Source of the DNA: Williopsis jadinii
Taxonomy: Eukaryota
Direction: 5' to 3'
NCBI GenBank assembly: GCA_024346625.1
Contig: AP024664.1
Span: 3,472,001-3,536,000 of the forward strand
DNA: 64,000 nucleotides
Shown piece by piece: positions 21,060 to 35,132 of this stretch; the first letter of the stretch is position 1, and each line of letters opens with the position of its first letter. The position numbers and the translations under genes were made by a program. A model generated the notes under the pieces. The model was not told the DNA's origin and did no database searches. It was given only the letters and a program-made list of their open reading frames with translations.

Positions 21060-22668
21060 ACAGAGCAAGAAGGTGTTGATGTTAGCAGGCGTTGTGTTAG
21101 AATAACATTGCTACAAGTGTAATGCTATCATACTATCAAGCGCTTTGCGTCAGCTTGGCGAGGCTTCACTTCTTTGACACATTCGCCGTGGCCGCGATAC
21201 TATGCGCAGCAGGGCTCTTGACGTATCACACGGCGTGATTGTGGGCCAACAGGCTAGGACTGTTACTTAGGAGTTGATCTGGAAGCTCATAGTCTTCATT
21301 ACACCGGTGCTTACATCGAAATGGTTAATCAACTGGTTACTTGAATATCACACCGGTCAACCCGGTTTTCGTACACTTTTCAGCCAGTAGCGACCACGAC
21401 AGATAGAGCGAACCAGTTTGGCGGACTAAGGCGAAATGTAACGCGTAAAAGATGAGGCGCATCAAACTGTTTAAAAACGATTTGAGTATTCTATACTTGT
21501 CAGCACAACACATGCCCAACTTGGCTATTGTTTCTCACCCACGCCGTTACTCTGTGTAACTGTACAGTGCGGACTACGAGGTCAACAGTTAGTTACTGAC
21601 TTGCTGACCGTTGGCACATGAATTTACCGAGCATGGCCACCCTCGTCTACTTCTGGCGACGCACACCTGGTTACTCGTGCCCCCGCCCCCTATTTTTTCA
21701 CACCTGTGCAACACACTTTCCCCTTTGGGCGGGAGAGTTTTGGCCGTTTTTTGACACAAAGGTGAATGCATCCCACGTCATATTTCCAAGGGAATCAACG
21801 AGATCTCTCGCCGGCTGGGTAGACATGTTTGGCCGACTTGTGCCTGTGTGTCCTATCAATTAGCCGTCAATATCAATCTAAACACTAAAACGTGGTAATA
21901 AAAATGTGTCTCCCTCGACCATCGGTTCGTGTTTTCTTTTCTTTCCCCTAATCCCCCCCCCCTTTTTTCGTCTCAGGTTAGTGCCAAAATAAAGACCGAA
22001 AGACGTTTGTCGAACGACGTCGACACAAAATTTTCAAGCAGCCGCCAAACTTAAAAATTTTTCTCGACGTTTGTCGTACACGAAAGAAAGAAAAAATCCC
22101 CGGCGATTGGCTAACGCAATTTTTCAGTTCTGACACAATTTCTGTTTTTCTCAACTGCACGCGCAAGTCCAAGGAGAGTTTTTGCCAAAATCTCTCCTCT
22201 TTGACCAAAGAAGCGTCACGAATTTACCTTTATCACAATTTTCCATTTATTTCACTTTTTTTCTTCCATCTCCCTTTTGTTCGACAACAACATTCAACAC
22301 CGGGGAATAAGGCACAAACAAAGCAGAACCAACTCCATTGGTAGTCTTCTTCGATAGGTACAGTGTCAGTGTGTGAATTCCGCTTTTTTTTTTGTTCCGG
22401 GGAGAGGTGAAAGATCGTGCGCTCTGCCTATTTACATTCATTCCGTCTCTGCTGTTTTGGACTGTGACAAAAAGGTGTCACCAAAAACGGTATCCTTGAT
22501 TTTTTTGTGCCCTACCTCGAAAAAGGAAAAAAAACGCTGGCCGAGGTTTTTTTGTGTCGTCGATTGTGCCCGCTTTCTATCTGAACCGAACCAGAAACAT
22601 AAGAGTATCACATAAACTCTGGAGGTGTATTATTATATCGGTTACTAAATTTTAGCCTTTGTTTACAG

Positions 22669-23517
22669 ATGACGAAAGTTGTTGAAGAGACGGTATCGCC
22701 TACCAACTCCACTGGCACGAGTGAACCATTTGAGCGCAACTCAGACTCCGATGTCACTACTGTTGGTGATGACATTGCTGGGGCTACGGCTCCCTCCGAC
22801 TTGAAGCTGTTGGAGAGGTCAGACTCGAGGGCCTCGATAACTCTACCACCAATACAACATGTATTGCGTACTATTGATGACTACCAGAATCAGCAAAAGC
22901 TACAAGACTCTGAGCTGTTGCTTGCGTTTGGTGAGCGTAACAACTCCACTGGTCATGTCAACGTTCCTTCACAAGACGGCGGTAGTGAGGACGAACCATC
23001 CCAGCCACGCTCTTTGTCAAACCCTCCTAGTTTCGACTCTCATCCGCACATGAGAACGTCGTATTCTTCGCCTCAGTTGCAAACAGTTTCTGGGTTGAAG
23101 GATGCAAACGCAACGACGACTTCGGCTTCTGGTAAGCCAAGGCCAGGACGTTCTCAGAGATCACAGTCCTACGTCAACAAAAAGACCAAAACTGGTGAGA
23201 GTTCACGGGCGTCTAGTTTGGAATCCACAGACTCTGCCTCGTCGTCAGGGGCAAACACTCCAAACTCTACAAATTCTAAGAAGCGTACAAACTTACCAAG
23301 GGAAACGATCGAGATACTCAACGATTGGATCGTCAACAACCTGGACAATCCATATCCAAATCACACGCAGAAGAGAATGCTGTTGGAAAAAACCGGATTG
23401 AGTAACGTTCAGCTGAGTAACTGGTTTATAAACAAGAGACGTAGAAGGTTGTTCTCGAATTTGAGCGGGAACCAAGGATATCCAATCAAGAAGAAAAGAT
23501 TGATTGACCGTATATGA
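22669..23517 (+). CDS. CUP9: TALE homeodomain repressor Cup9/Tos8
   Basis: KKRTNLPRETIEILNDW...NPYP...LSNWFINKRRR, plus an ITLPPI motif. Adjacent to CBC2 and PPQ1, as in S. cerevisiae. Confidence 0.85.
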   Translation: MTKVVEETVSPTNSTGTSEPFERNSDSDVTTVGDDIAGATAPSDLKLLERSDSRASITLPPIQHVLRTIDDYQNQQKLQDSELLLAFGERNNSTGHVNVPSQDGGSEDEPSQPRSLSNPPSFDSHPHMRTSYSSPQLQTVSGLKDANATTTSASGKPRPGRSQRSQSYVNKKTKTGESSRASSLESTDSASSSGANTPNSTNSKKRTNLPRETIEILNDWIVNNLDNPYPNHTQKRMLLEKTGLSNVQLSNWFINKRRRRLFSNLSGNQGYPIKKKRLIDRI

Positions 23518-23818
23518 CAACATTCACCAGCTGATCATTCTCACTTTGACTTGTTGTGTGTTTCGGGTTTGTTTTTTGTCATTTGTTTTCTTATTCTTTG
23601 TTCTTCGCAGCACGAGACCCATCGATCCTTGTTTTGTATATGTGTTATCTAAACTTCTGTTCATAGAATGATTTTGAATGTAATGGGTTATTCGGCCACT
23701 AGATTTCTCCAGAGTTACTCACACTTTACAGTATTGGATATTGTCTGCCTACGCTTCCCAGACGTTTCATTAGACATTAATTAGAGATAGATGTATTTCT
23801 TGGTAATCATGCTTTTAC

Positions 23819-24400
23819 TCAATCAACAGTTGGGGATAAATTTGTTGCTTCACCTGGAATATAAGTATCGGTTTGTGGTTTTTCAACTCTTCTTGCACCA
23901 AATCTAACGTTATTCCAATTTGTAGTAGCCATGCTCTCCATCTGCGGCAATTTGGCATAGTATTCTGCAGCCTCTGTTGAAGCCTGACCACCGTTTTTAC
24001 CCCTTCCGAACTGTCTTCCTTCTTCAAACCCTGGATCCAAATCTATTTGGATCTGTCTACCGTCTAATTTCGTACCATTCAAGTATTTCACAGCGTTGAC
24101 CGCATCTTGTGGATCGTGATAAATGACAAAGCAAAATCCACAGTAGTTACCCGTGAATCTGTCCAATCCCATGATGATCTGCTTGATGAACCCAACTTTG
24201 GAGAAGAGTTCGTCAATACGTTCCTCAGTGGTTTCAAACGATAACATGCCAACGTAAACCGTCCCACTGTTGTACGATTTACGCAAGTCTTCGAGCCCAT
24301 TGGGTTTACGTCTCGCACGCTTCAAAAGGTAATTTGAAGGTCTGTCAAGCCTTTCTGTGGAGTTCGAGAAGTTGATCTCATCAAATTCTGCAAGGGACAT
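23819..24400 (-). CDS. CBC2: Nuclear cap-binding complex small subunit (CBP20)
   Basis: [12 protein letters not shown] (TVYVGML, CGFCFV) and [20 protein letters not shown]. Confidence 0.96.
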   Translation of the reverse strand: MSLAEFDEINFSNSTERLDRPSNYLLKRARRKPNGLEDLRKSYNSGTVYVGMLSFETTEERIDELFSKVGFIKQIIMGLDRFTGNYCGFCFVIYHDPQDAVNAVKYLNGTKLDGRQIQIDLDPGFEEGRQFGRGKNGGQASTEAAEYYAKLPQMESMATTNWNNVRFGARRVEKPQTDTYIPGEATNLSPTVD

Positions 24401-25349
24401 TGCTCTTCGTTTCCACTATAGTTCTCTCTACGCTTCCCGCAACACGTTGCCGCCCTTGTTAACAGATATCTTGTTTTGCAAGCCAAACCGTACACAAATT
24501 GAGTGCGCAAAAAAATCAAGACATGATATCACCAAACAGGGAAATACGAGGGCTGTCGGTATCAATTTCGGGGTACAACTGTTAGAGGCCACACAGTTTG
24601 ATTTTGAATTTCTGTTAATCGGATCTCCTCCGTGAACGGGATTATCAAAGCCTGCCTCCCTGCCACCCCTTTTCCCTCTCCCGGACTTAACCCCGTTTGA
24701 GGGAGAACGGCAGCACCAAGCTCCACAACGCTCTGCGTTTTCCTCCAAGAACAAGAACAAGAACAAGACTGTAATTTAAGAGAAAGGGCCCTTCTAATCT
24801 TTAAACATCATATTTGGTGCTTTGAATGTGCCTAGTGCCTGAATAGTAGAAACACCTATTCATGTGTCTCCCTCTCCAGTAGGACATACAATTCATGTAA
24901 GGCTAAACGATCCAATCACACATCGCCCACGTTGTATGTTTCACCAACCAGTTTCCCAGGATCCTCTCTTGTGGGAGTTTGGAAAGTTAAAGGTGAATTA
25001 GTGTGCGTTTAACGAGAAAAGCAGTGTGGTTTGTGTGTGCTTTTCGCCAACACCCCCCTAAATCCCATCAATTTGCGAGTGAAAAAAAACTGATTCCCAA
25101 AAAATTCCCCTTTCTCCCTAAAACCACAAAACATTCCACCAACGAGTACTCTCTCAGACCTCTCACCCTTCAATTAAACACCTACCGTTCTCCCTCTCTT
25201 GGTATACTACAGCTTAGTCCGTTATCCACAAAAGTCGGTCTAGCATTTTCCCTCCCGGTTTAGTTATCTTCTGAAGTCTCCTTTCTGTTTACACAATTCT
25301 TCCCAGTCTCTTTTATTTTTCTCGCTCTACAGTTGCACACAAATAAGTT

Positions 25350-26852
25350 ATGGGAAACAGCCCGTCTAAGAATGCCAGCCCCAATACCCACACTCTTCAA
25401 CAAAGCATGAATGGGCTCGTCGTCAATGGTGACGAGCCAGAGCCAGATGATAGGAGGGAAACTTCCTATCAATCAAATAATACACAACACTCTAAGAGTG
25501 ATTTAACAACATTACGTTACAATAAAAACAAACTCCAGACGAAGGTTTCCCCTTCTCATATGAAGTTTCAGTATGCAAATGATACAGCAAACAGCTCAGA
25601 TGATACCATCAGTGAGGATACCACCGATCCCTTTGAAGTTGAGATTGGATTATCCATGGCAAAGGCACTAAAGGTTTCTGGGAACACTCGCTCTCAAGCC
25701 ACTACGGCTACTCTGCCTGTTGTCGGTACTCCAATTCTCTCTTCAAACTCAAACAGTTCGAATGCACCAGAAGAGGTGTCCTCCTCGTTTAGTGATGTCT
25801 TCACATTAGGCAGCTCCACCAGTTCGTTGTCCGTGACGCCACCTTTTGGCAACCTCGCCCCTATTTTGGAGGAGGGAACCAAGAAGGCCAAGCAACATCT
25901 TAGTCGTTCCCAGGCAGACATTGATCTCGATGCCATCATCGAGAAGTTGTTGCAATCTGCTGGGAGATCTCCAGGAGTCAGTCCCGTCTTACAAGGCAAA
26001 CATTCACCTCGCTCTCGTGAAGAGTTCTTTGTCTCACCAAGAGAAATATCAGCCATCTGTTCAAAGGCCAGAGAGATCTTTTTGGATCAACCAAGTTTGT
26101 TGAGATTAAGCGCCCCGGTTAAAGTGGTAGGTGATTTACATGGTCAGTTCAACGACTTGTTGAGGATAATGAAGCTCAGCGGATTACCGCCACAGTCAAA
26201 CTACTTGTTTCTTGGTGACTATGTCGATCGTGGTAAACAATCATTGGAAACGCTTCTTCTGTTGCTCTGTTTCAAGATCAAATACCCAGAGAACTTCTTC
26301 ATGTTAAGAGGTAACCACGAATGTGCAAACATCACCAAGATTTATGGGTTCTATGACGAATGCAAAAGAAGATTGAATTTGAAATGTTGGAAGACATTTG
26401 TCGATGTCTTTAACACTTTACCGATCGCTGCGCTTATCTCTGATAAGATCTTCTGTATCCATGGTGGACTCTCTCCGAACTTGCATTCCTTGGAACAACT
26501 TGAGCACATACGTAGACCTACCGATATACCAGAACAAGGTTTATTGGCCGATCTACTCTGGTCTGACCCTGATCCGACGGTGGCGGAATGGTCTAAGAGT
26601 GACCGTGGTGTTTCCTATTGCTTTGGTAAAAAAGTGGTTGACAACTTTACAAAGAAGTTCAAATTGGATTTGATCATCAGAGGCCATATGGTTGTGGAGG
26701 ATGGTTATGAATTCTTTGCAAAGAAGAAGTTGGTTACTGTTTTCAGCGCACCGAACTACTGTGGTGAATTTAACAATTGGGGAGCTGTGATGAGCGTCGA
26801 CAGCAAGCTATTGTGCTCGTTTGAACTTTTGAAACCGCATAAGAAGCCTTGA
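25350..26852 (+). CDS. PPQ1: PP1-like Ser/Thr protein phosphatase Ppq1/Sal6
   Basis: GDLHGQ, GDYVDRG, LRGNHE and [11 protein letters not shown] motifs after a Ser-rich N-terminal extension. Synteny with CBC2 and CUP9. Confidence 0.85.
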   Translation: MGNSPSKNASPNTHTLQQSMNGLVVNGDEPEPDDRRETSYQSNNTQHSKSDLTTLRYNKNKLQTKVSPSHMKFQYANDTANSSDDTISEDTTDPFEVEIGLSMAKALKVSGNTRSQATTATLPVVGTPILSSNSNSSNAPEEVSSSFSDVFTLGSSTSSLSVTPPFGNLAPILEEGTKKAKQHLSRSQADIDLDAIIEKLLQSAGRSPGVSPVLQGKHSPRSREEFFVSPREISAICSKAREIFLDQPSLLRLSAPVKVVGDLHGQFNDLLRIMKLSGLPPQSNYLFLGDYVDRGKQSLETLLLLLCFKIKYPENFFMLRGNHECANITKIYGFYDECKRRLNLKCWKTFVDVFNTLPIAALISDKIFCIHGGLSPNLHSLEQLEHIRRPTDIPEQGLLADLLWSDPDPTVAEWSKSDRGVSYCFGKKVVDNFTKKFKLDLIIRGHMVVEDGYEFFAKKKLVTVFSAPNYCGEFNNWGAVMSVDSKLLCSFELLKPHKKP

Positions 26853-29071
26853 ATTACCCATCCTATGCTGCTGTTCCCTCCAGCGAGGGAGCGTACTGAA
26901 CTTGATATTGAGAATTGGCGGCCAGCTTTCATATCTGGATGTTATGATGATGTCCCCAAGTTTATGTTTGAAACGACCAATTCACTTATATCTATCTTTT
27001 TCTACTCTATTTACTTTATCTTTTTTTTTTATTCCTCTATCTCTTTTACATATGACATCTCTTTTATTGAAGTTTGATACATATCTTTTGTTTACGTCGC
27101 TGTGCCTTCACGCCCAGTTGATCCGCTTCCAGTAGATGTAAGTTGTTGACGAGCTTGATGTTGTGATTCAAGCCCTCGTGATGGTGATAGGCGCCATTTA
27201 TGATCCAACGAGACCAAATCGAAGAGATTACTTAACAGTACATATGTCACACCACTTTAACTGTGGTTGCTGTTATACACTAACCATTTGGATGCTATAG
27301 CTGACATAAATGTGCCTCGGTGTTTTAAAGTGCAAGACTCAACAAAAAATGCAAACCGGGTATATACTGCTAGTTAAACCCTCTCTGCCGTTAAATATTT
27401 GATCTTGAGGTGTATCAAAAGCGCGCCAAACACCAATGCTCTCCATCGGTCAAATTGCTAGTTTTGACACATGCTTCTTGGCTTAAAGTAAGGTGACAGT
27501 GATTAAGCGGCTCCTTGCTGCTTGACTGTACGATCAGTCATTTCATGGAGTACGTTGGCTATAGCTTGGACAATCTCTTAATGGTGCAGACTCTCTCCCT
27601 GCAAATGTTGAAGTGCGTTTATACAGCTGGCGTAGCAAACGGAATCCTCATATCACTCTTTGACGATTTACAAGGCGGTACAGTGTACAACTACGGCAAA
27701 GGAGGCGCTCCAAAGTGACACAATACCTCCTACCTATTGTGAATAGGCAAGGAAACCCTCCTTTCCGTAATAGTTATTCGGTCGTCAGATACCTTACAGC
27801 GCTAACAGCAATTTGTCTGGGTTGTAAACCGTTTGAAAGGCGTAAGCTGTGACGGCTAAAGTGTTTGAAACTTGAAGGCGGGAAATCCCGTCACCGGCGA
27901 CCCGCCGTTGGACCTTACATGGGTTCTAACGTGTGGTATTTTTCTTTGCAAAAAGGGCGGTTCATACAGCTGTGAACTCACATAACGAGGTGAACCAAGG
28001 AAGCCAAAGGCCGATTGGTGGTGGAGAGGTGGCCCTGGTGGAGCAGAGAACAGCAGCTTGGAGCTCTTCATATAGTGCGAGAAACAAAACAAGGAGACCA
28101 AAAAAGATGGGCAGAAAAGAAGGGTTCTTTCCTGCCTAATTGGATTCTTCTCCACCGCGGTGATGGCCCCATGCGGTGGCTGCCCTTGGCCTCGAGTTCC
28201 CTAACCCGGGTTCTTTTTCGTTTTCCTCATTTCTTTTCCCATGCATCGGGCGAAAGTGGTGAAAGGCGCAGCTCCGAAGAATTACCACATTCGCTTCCCT
28301 TTTCGCAAACGTCATCTGGATTTCGTGCAATCGGCTCACCAGTGGGGCCTGTGTAGGCTATTTATTACGCCATTTTGCGCAGCAGGCGTTGCAGGCGGCG
28401 CAAACAAACAAACAAAGTAACGAGAAAAGCAGATGATTAGCCCTTTGAAATACCGGGGACATAAAGCAGAAGACGAAAAAGGCATGTAACACTGCAACAA
28501 ACAAACGGCAAAACTTTAATAAGGACAATTTAGACGTAGGAAGGAGAAAAAAAAATTGAAAATTGCAATTCTTTTCGGTGTACGTTTTGCAACGCTGAAG
28601 ACAACTCCATCTGTGGTTTTTACAGTGAATACAGCACATTTAATCACAGTAGATTCACTCCATTTACAAGCTGAGTCTATAGAGGAGAAATCATAATTTG
28701 TGACATCCCAAGGAACTTCCACAAGGCGCATTTTCCCCTTCGTTGTGTTTTGTTTTTCTTGCCAGCTTTCTTTCTTTTTTTGTCTTGCAAGCAGTCATAC
28801 TTTGCCGGAGGAGAGAGAAAGAAAGACATAGAGAGAAGTAAACAATAGGCACAGAATTCAGCACACGCAAAGAATTCAGGAGCCACTGTTACACCAGCCA
28901 AGCTGAAAGGATCTGTCACTGAACTGAACTTGGTCATTTCTCGGTTCTCCTACGGAAGCGTTTGTTTTAGCGAGTTACGGTTATAAGGGGTCGCTAGTTA
29001 CATCCAGGACATCTCCGAGTATTAATAGCAGACAGAGAAGGAGACAAAGAGAGAGAGGGGGCAGAACCAAC

Positions 29072-30640
29072 ATGGAGTCCTCACCATCGATCTGGGATAT
29101 CTACTCTGGGGCCAAGAAGCTTTTGGCACTTCAACCACGGATTGAGAATAGAACGTTAAGAGAGAATTGCAAGAATTCACAGCAGGCGCTGTCCAAGTCG
29201 ACAACGGCGTGCTATTCCTCTGCCACCAGTGTTGACTCACTCAGCCCACTGAGTACGGACTCAAACAAACACAGCGTGGAATCAACGTCGTCAGTGGGCG
29301 AGCCACCAATGAGCTATACCAATTTCGGAGGCAAGCAGTCCAACTTGACCAAGGGGTTGAGTCTGGGACACAACAATGATCAGAACGGAGAGATTAATAC
29401 CACATGGGACTTGGATCTTGGGTTTGAGATTGACAGCAAGGGCATCAGCTTTGGGAGCTTGTCGACCTTGGACAACAAGCTCGAACATACAAACGAGCCG
29501 ACAACGTCGGTACAGCCGAAGCAGATCATGCAACAGGATCATCAAAGCCATTCTGCACATCAGTCCATGTCCACTGGGGTAAACCACATTGACCCTCAAC
29601 GGCTATTACAGAAACAACTTCAACAACACCATTTGGATAACATGCAGAAATCACAGACAACGTTTAACATTTCACAGTCATTGCCAAGCGGTAACGGACA
29701 ACCGATGAGTATACCTCAGAGACCTCAGCACATTCAAAGAACCGCATCATCGGCTTCGTTGTCTACCTCACTCACTAAGAAGAAAGTTTCATCATCTAAT
29801 CCAAATACGGTTTGTTTCAACTGTCAAACTCAAAAGACACCTCTCTGGAGACGTGATCCTAATGGAAATACCTTGTGTAACGCTTGTGGGCTGTTCCAAA
29901 AGCTTCATGGAACCATGCGTCCGCTCTCGTTGAAGACGGATGTGATAAAGAAGAGAAACTCTAGACGCTCCAGTGTATCTCAGAGTAAAGACTCGAAATT
30001 AATGCACAGTTTGGAGAAGAACATCACACTTTACAACATTACGCCTGGTCCATCCGGGAACTCTCCTGTCAACTCCATGAGCTCGCCAAATTCGGCGGGC
30101 TCAACGCCACAGAGCTCCTCAAACGTTGGTGCACAACGGTATAAGAACGTTCCAATCCTACCCAAACCTACATCTGCGGCTTCACTACCCACTGGTGGGA
30201 ACTCTAGTGCTCGTCCAAAGCAACTACGCAAATCGTCCGCGACAGGGTCTCCTTATGAATATTCATTCAACGCACAATCGCCGTCGATGTTCATCAACAC
30301 ACCATCTCCTGCAAATACCACATCGCCAATGTCACCATCAGTCGCCACTATTCAACCTGGGTCCATAAGCATTGCGCCAGGGGTTGCTGGCTCGTTACCA
30401 AGCAATATGTTGTCCACCAGCGCAAGTGCGACAAATCTGACAAACAGTTTCAACCAGAAGAGAATCCCGCAGATGTTCCAGAGACGTGAGTCCAACTTCG
30501 CCTCGACCAGCTTGAACAACAGCAGTGGGTTTGTTAACCCAAGCTTACTGCTGAACAGAGACTACGACCCAATGCAACTGGATTCGCCAACGGACACGGG
30601 CATGACCAACGACCTGGATTGGTTAAAGTTTGACATATGA
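29072..30640 (+). CDS. GLN3: GATA zinc-finger nitrogen regulator Gln3
   Basis: [55 protein letters not shown] and a C-terminal LDWLKFDI, all Gln3-type. Confidence 0.85.
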   Translation: MESSPSIWDIYSGAKKLLALQPRIENRTLRENCKNSQQALSKSTTACYSSATSVDSLSPLSTDSNKHSVESTSSVGEPPMSYTNFGGKQSNLTKGLSLGHNNDQNGEINTTWDLDLGFEIDSKGISFGSLSTLDNKLEHTNEPTTSVQPKQIMQQDHQSHSAHQSMSTGVNHIDPQRLLQKQLQQHHLDNMQKSQTTFNISQSLPSGNGQPMSIPQRPQHIQRTASSASLSTSLTKKKVSSSNPNTVCFNCQTQKTPLWRRDPNGNTLCNACGLFQKLHGTMRPLSLKTDVIKKRNSRRSSVSQSKDSKLMHSLEKNITLYNITPGPSGNSPVNSMSSPNSAGSTPQSSSNVGAQRYKNVPILPKPTSAASLPTGGNSSARPKQLRKSSATGSPYEYSFNAQSPSMFINTPSPANTTSPMSPSVATIQPGSISIAPGVAGSLPSNMLSTSASATNLTNSFNQKRIPQMFQRRESNFASTSLNNSSGFVNPSLLLNRDYDPMQLDSPTDTGMTNDLDWLKFDI

Positions 30641-30959
30641 TACTAATTTCCGTTTCATGAGACGTATAATGATTATATACATGAGAAAAGATACACACCC
30701 TCCTAATTATCTCCTTTAACATCAAATCAATTGCAATTCCTCCAGTAGTTGATGGAACCGTCATAGCTCATCGAGTTGTGTGGTGTATGGATGTGGGAAG
30801 CTCGCCGTGCCGGTTCCCGGTGAGTGCTCCGTTTACGGCCTAAAATTTCCCTTCGAGTCATCATCGCAGCCCACGATTTTTGATAGCTTCCGATGTTCCT
30901 CTTCTTCTCCTTCCTGCTTCAACCAAGTGGGAGAAAGCATTCCAAAGATCTCGATCAAC

Positions 30960-33900
30960 ATGGCTGACTTACAACACTGGGTTGAGCTGCTAAGCAGCCC
31001 AACGCTTTCTGTGCTACCACACGATTACATTCGTCCAACTGATAACAAGACCATTGAGGCTACGTTGAGCTTCAACGTTCCCTCTGACGATGAGCTGAAC
31101 TTGATAGCCAAGGAGGTTGAAGGAGCCTCACCGTTTACCGTGGGCCTCGCTGTTTTCGGTACCTTGATATACAGACTGACCGGTGATGATGACATCGTTA
31201 TCTCAACCGATATTGCTGCGAATGGCCAGGAGTTTGTCGTGAGATTCACCATCTCGCCAACGGCCTCCTTTATCGACCTTGTCAAGCAAACCACGGAGCT
31301 CTTCAACACAGGCGCCTCCAAGGCGGTTGACTATGACGAGCTATCTCTGGCAATCAAGAAATCAAATAAGCTTGAGGGCAAGCCACAGCTCTTTAGATTG
31401 GCGTTCCAACACGGTAATGACCACCAGTTCTTATCAGAGTACGGGTCAACAAGAGACATCTCTGTGTTTGTAAATGGTTCGACTTATGACGTTTACTTCA
31501 ATGCACTTCTTTACAAAGAGGAGAGAATCGAGTTCCTTGGTGCTCAATTCAACCAATTCTATCAAGCTGTCATTGAGGATCCATCAATCCAGATCACTAA
31601 GGTGTCACTTGTCACTCCTACTCAAAATGACATTTTACCAGACCCTACAAAGGACCTGGACTGGTCAGGCTACAGGGGCGCTATTCACGACATCTTCCAA
31701 GAGAACGCTGCCAAGTTCCCTGATAGAGTGCTGGCCATCGAGACTCCTTCTTTCCTCGCACCAGAGCAGAAGTCCCGTGAGTTCACCTACAAACAGATCA
31801 ACGAAACCTCTAACATTGTGGGAAACTACCTGGTCAAGACTGGTATCCAGAGAGGTGACATTGTCATGATCTACTCATCTCGTAGTGTCGACTTGCTGGT
31901 GTCTGTGCTCGGTGTGTTGAAAGCTGGTGCCACTTTCTCTGTCATCGATCCTGCTTACCCACCTGCTCGTCAGAATATTTATTTACAAGTTGCCAAACCA
32001 AAAGGTCTCATTGTCATCAAGAAGGCTGGTGTCTTGGACCAATTGGTTGAGGATTACATCAAGAATGAATTAGAGGTGGTTTCTCGTATTCCTCAGATTG
32101 AACTCCAAGACGACGGTTCTATCCTCGGTGGTGCTTCTGAAGGCTCCCAGGACGTCCTTGCCAACATTCCAGCCACACCAACTGGTGTGCTGGTTGGCCC
32201 TGACTCGAACCCAACTTTGTCCTTCACCTCTGGTTCAGAAGGTTTACCAAAGGGTGTCTTGGGTCGTCATTTCTCGCTGGCTTACTATTTTGATTGGATG
32301 TCCAAGACTTTCAACCTCTCTGACAAGGATAGATTCACAATGCTTTCAGGTATTGCCCATGATCCTATCCAAAGAGACATGTTCACCCCTATTTTCCTCG
32401 GTGCCCAACTGCTTGTTCCAACAGATGATGACATTGGCACTCCTGGTAAATTGGCTGAATGGATGTCCAAATACGGTGCAACAGTGACACACTTAACACC
32501 TGCCATGGGTCAACTGCTGTCTGCTCAGGCAACTGCCCAGTTTCCTGCCTTGCACCATGCGTTCTTTGTCGGTGATATCTTGACCAAGAGAGACTGTTTG
32601 AGATTACAGACACTTGCTGAGAACGTCAACATTGTCAACATGTATGGTACTACTGAGACTCAAAGAGCAGTCTCATACTTCGAGGTTGCTTCGAGATCAA
32701 GCGATCCAACCTTTTTGGAGAACCAGAAGGATGTTATGCCAGCTGGTAAGGGTATGCTCAACGTTCAGCTCTTGGTTGTCAACAGAAACGACAGATCTCA
32801 GATCTGTGGTGTCGGTGAAGTTGGTGAGATCTACGTCCGTGCTGCTGGCTTGTCAGAAGGGTACAGGGGTCTTCCTGATTTGAATAAGGAGAAGTTTGTT
32901 CAGAATTGGTTTGTCGACAACGATACCTGGGTCGTTTTGGATCAAGAGAAGGACAAGGGCGAACCATGGAGACAATTCTGGAAGGGACCAAGGGATAGAC
33001 TGTACAGAACAGGTGACTTGGGCCGTTACCTTCCAGATGGTAACTGTGAGTGTTGCGGTAGAGCTGATGACCAAGTTAAGATCCGTGGTTTCCGTATCGA
33101 GCTTGGTGAGATCGACACCAACATTTCCCAGCATCCGTTGGTTCGTGAGAATGTCACCCTTGTTAGACGCGATCAGAACAATGAGCCAACTCTGATCTCT
33201 TACATTGTGCCAAAATCTGACGTTAAGGAGCTTGAAGACTTCAAATCGCCAATTGAAGATGTTGAGGATAAAGATGATCATGTCGTTACCGGCCTGGTTG
33301 GCTACAGAAACCTCATCAAGGATATCAAGGAGTTCTTGAAGAAGAGATTGGCCTCATATGCCATTCCAACAATCATCGTCCCATTCCACAAGCTGCCATT
33401 GAATCCAAATGGTAAAGTTGACAAGCCAAAGCTACAGTTTCCATCTCCTGCACAGCTTGAGACAGTAGCAAAGCATGCTGCTGCTGATCAGGATGATACC
33501 CAGTTCACTGAGACAGAGGCAAAGGTTCGTGATTTGTGGATCTCTGTTTTGCCTCAGCGTCCATCTACCGTGTCGCCAGACGATTCCTTCTTTGACTTGG
33601 GAGGTCACTCTATCTTGGCTACAAGAATGATCTTTGAACTGAGAAAGAAGTTTGTCATTGATCTTCCACTGGGAACAATTTTCAAGTATCCAACCATCAA
33701 GGCATTTGCTAAGGAGGTTGACCGTATTCAATCAGGTGCTCCGCTCGAGGCTACTGCTCAAGAGCAGACCGAGGATGAAGTTGTTAAGCCAGCTGAGTAC
33801 TTCAAGGACGCCAGCGAGCTCTCAGAAACCCTCCTCAAGAAGTCATATCCATCAAAGGCTCCACTATCAAGCTCTGATGAGATCAACGTGTTTGTCACTG

Positions 33901-35132
33901 GTACCACTGGTTTCCTTGGATCCTTCATTGTTGCTGACTTATTGAACAGGGATGCAAAGATCAAAGTCTTTGCCCATGTCCGTGCTTCTGACAAAGAGAA
34001 AGGCTTCGAAAGAGTCCGTAAAGCAGGTCAGACTTATGGTATCTGGAAAGATTCATTTGAGTCGAGACTTGAGGTTGTCTTAGGTGACTTGTCCACTGAA
34101 AACTTTGGCTTATCTGAATCTGCTTGGTCTTCACTTGCAGACACTATTGATGTCATCATCCATAATGGTGCATTGGTTCACTGGGTGTACCCATACAGCA
34201 AACTTCGTGATGCCAACGTTATTGGAACCGTCAACACATTGAACCTCGCAGCCACTGGTAAGGCCAAGTACTTTGCCTTTGTCTCTTCAACATCCACACT
34301 GGATACTGAACACTTTGTTGAACTTTCTGACAAGCTTCTCTCTCAAGGGAAAGACGGTGTTCCAGAGTCTGACGACTTGTCAGGCTCTGCTTACGGCCTT
34401 GGTTCCGGTTATGGACAAAGTAAATGGGCTGCAGAGTACATCATTCGTCGTGCAGGTGAGCGTGGCTTGAGAGGTGCCATCATCAGACCAGGTTACGTTA
34501 CTGGTGAGACAAAGACAGGTTCTTCCAACACTGATGATTTCCTCTTGCGTATGCTCAAGGGATGTGCTGAGCTTGGTGTTTATCCTAATATCAACAACAC
34601 GATCAACATGGTTCCAGTTGACCACGTTGCTAGAACTACTGTTGCTGGTGCTCTTCACCCACCAAAGGAGAACGAACTGGCTGTGATTCAAGTTACTGGC
34701 CACCCAAGAGTCACTTTCACCCAATACATTGGTGCCTTGAACAAATTTGGCTATGGCTTGAAGGAAGATGACTATGTCACATGGAAGAAGGCTTTGGAAA
34801 GATACGTTGTTGAACAAACCAAAGAAAGTGCATTGTACCCGTTGCTGCACTTCGTCTTGGATGATCTTCCATCAAACACCAAAGCACCAGAGCTTGATGA
34901 CATAAATGCCCGTACATCGTTGAAAGCCGACGCTGAGTGGACAGGTATTGACGTTTCTGAAGGTAAGGGTATCGATGAAAGACAGATCGCTGTTTACGTC
35001 TCTTACTTGATCAAGATTGGTTTCTTGCCAAAGCCAGCTGGACAAGGAGAACCTTTGCCAGAGGTTAAGCTCACTGAGCAACAATTCAAGCTCGTGACTT
35101 CTGGTGCTGGTGCTCGTGGTTCAGCAAACTAA
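30960..35132 (+). CDS. LYS2: L-2-aminoadipate reductase
   Basis: Adenylation domain ([34 protein letters not shown]), carrier domain FFDLGGHS, and reductase domain GTTGFLG...YGQSKW. ATG at 30960. Confidence 0.98.
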   Translation: MADLQHWVELLSSPTLSVLPHDYIRPTDNKTIEATLSFNVPSDDELNLIAKEVEGASPFTVGLAVFGTLIYRLTGDDDIVISTDIAANGQEFVVRFTISPTASFIDLVKQTTELFNTGASKAVDYDELSLAIKKSNKLEGKPQLFRLAFQHGNDHQFLSEYGSTRDISVFVNGSTYDVYFNALLYKEERIEFLGAQFNQFYQAVIEDPSIQITKVSLVTPTQNDILPDPTKDLDWSGYRGAIHDIFQENAAKFPDRVLAIETPSFLAPEQKSREFTYKQINETSNIVGNYLVKTGIQRGDIVMIYSSRSVDLLVSVLGVLKAGATFSVIDPAYPPARQNIYLQVAKPKGLIVIKKAGVLDQLVEDYIKNELEVVSRIPQIELQDDGSILGGASEGSQDVLANIPATPTGVLVGPDSNPTLSFTSGSEGLPKGVLGRHFSLAYYFDWMSKTFNLSDKDRFTMLSGIAHDPIQRDMFTPIFLGAQLLVPTDDDIGTPGKLAEWMSKYGATVTHLTPAMGQLLSAQATAQFPALHHAFFVGDILTKRDCLRLQTLAENVNIVNMYGTTETQRAVSYFEVASRSSDPTFLENQKDVMPAGKGMLNVQLLVVNRNDRSQICGVGEVGEIYVRAAGLSEGYRGLPDLNKEKFVQNWFVDNDTWVVLDQEKDKGEPWRQFWKGPRDRLYRTGDLGRYLPDGNCECCGRADDQVKIRGFRIELGEIDTNISQHPLVRENVTLVRRDQNNEPTLISYIVPKSDVKELEDFKSPIEDVEDKDDHVVTGLVGYRNLIKDIKEFLKKRLASYAIPTIIVPFHKLPLNPNGKVDKPKLQFPSPAQLETVAKHAAADQDDTQFTETEAKVRDLWISVLPQRPSTVSPDDSFFDLGGHSILATRMIFELRKKFVIDLPLGTIFKYPTIKAFAKEVDRIQSGAPLEATAQEQTEDEVVKPAEYFKDASELSETLLKKSYPSKAPLSSSDEINVFVTGTTGFLGSFIVADLLNRDAKIKVFAHVRASDKEKGFERVRKAGQTYGIWKDSFESRLEVVLGDLSTENFGLSESAWSSLADTIDVIIHNGALVHWVYPYSKLRDANVIGTVNTLNLAATGKAKYFAFVSSTSTLDTEHFVELSDKLLSQGKDGVPESDDLSGSAYGLGSGYGQSKWAAEYIIRRAGERGLRGAIIRPGYVTGETKTGSSNTDDFLLRMLKGCAELGVYPNINNTINMVPVDHVARTTVAGALHPPKENELAVIQVTGHPRVTFTQYIGALNKFGYGLKEDDYVTWKKALERYVVEQTKESALYPLLHFVLDDLPSNTKAPELDDINARTSLKADAEWTGIDVSEGKGIDERQIAVYVSYLIKIGFLPKPAGQGEPLPEVKLTEQQFKLVTSGAGARGSAN

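Noticed and set aside
26865..28937. Small ORFs in the 2.2-kb PPQ1-GLN3 gap
   Set aside because: They are short, low-complexity or non-ATG, with no motifs. The region is best explained as a long regulatory region.
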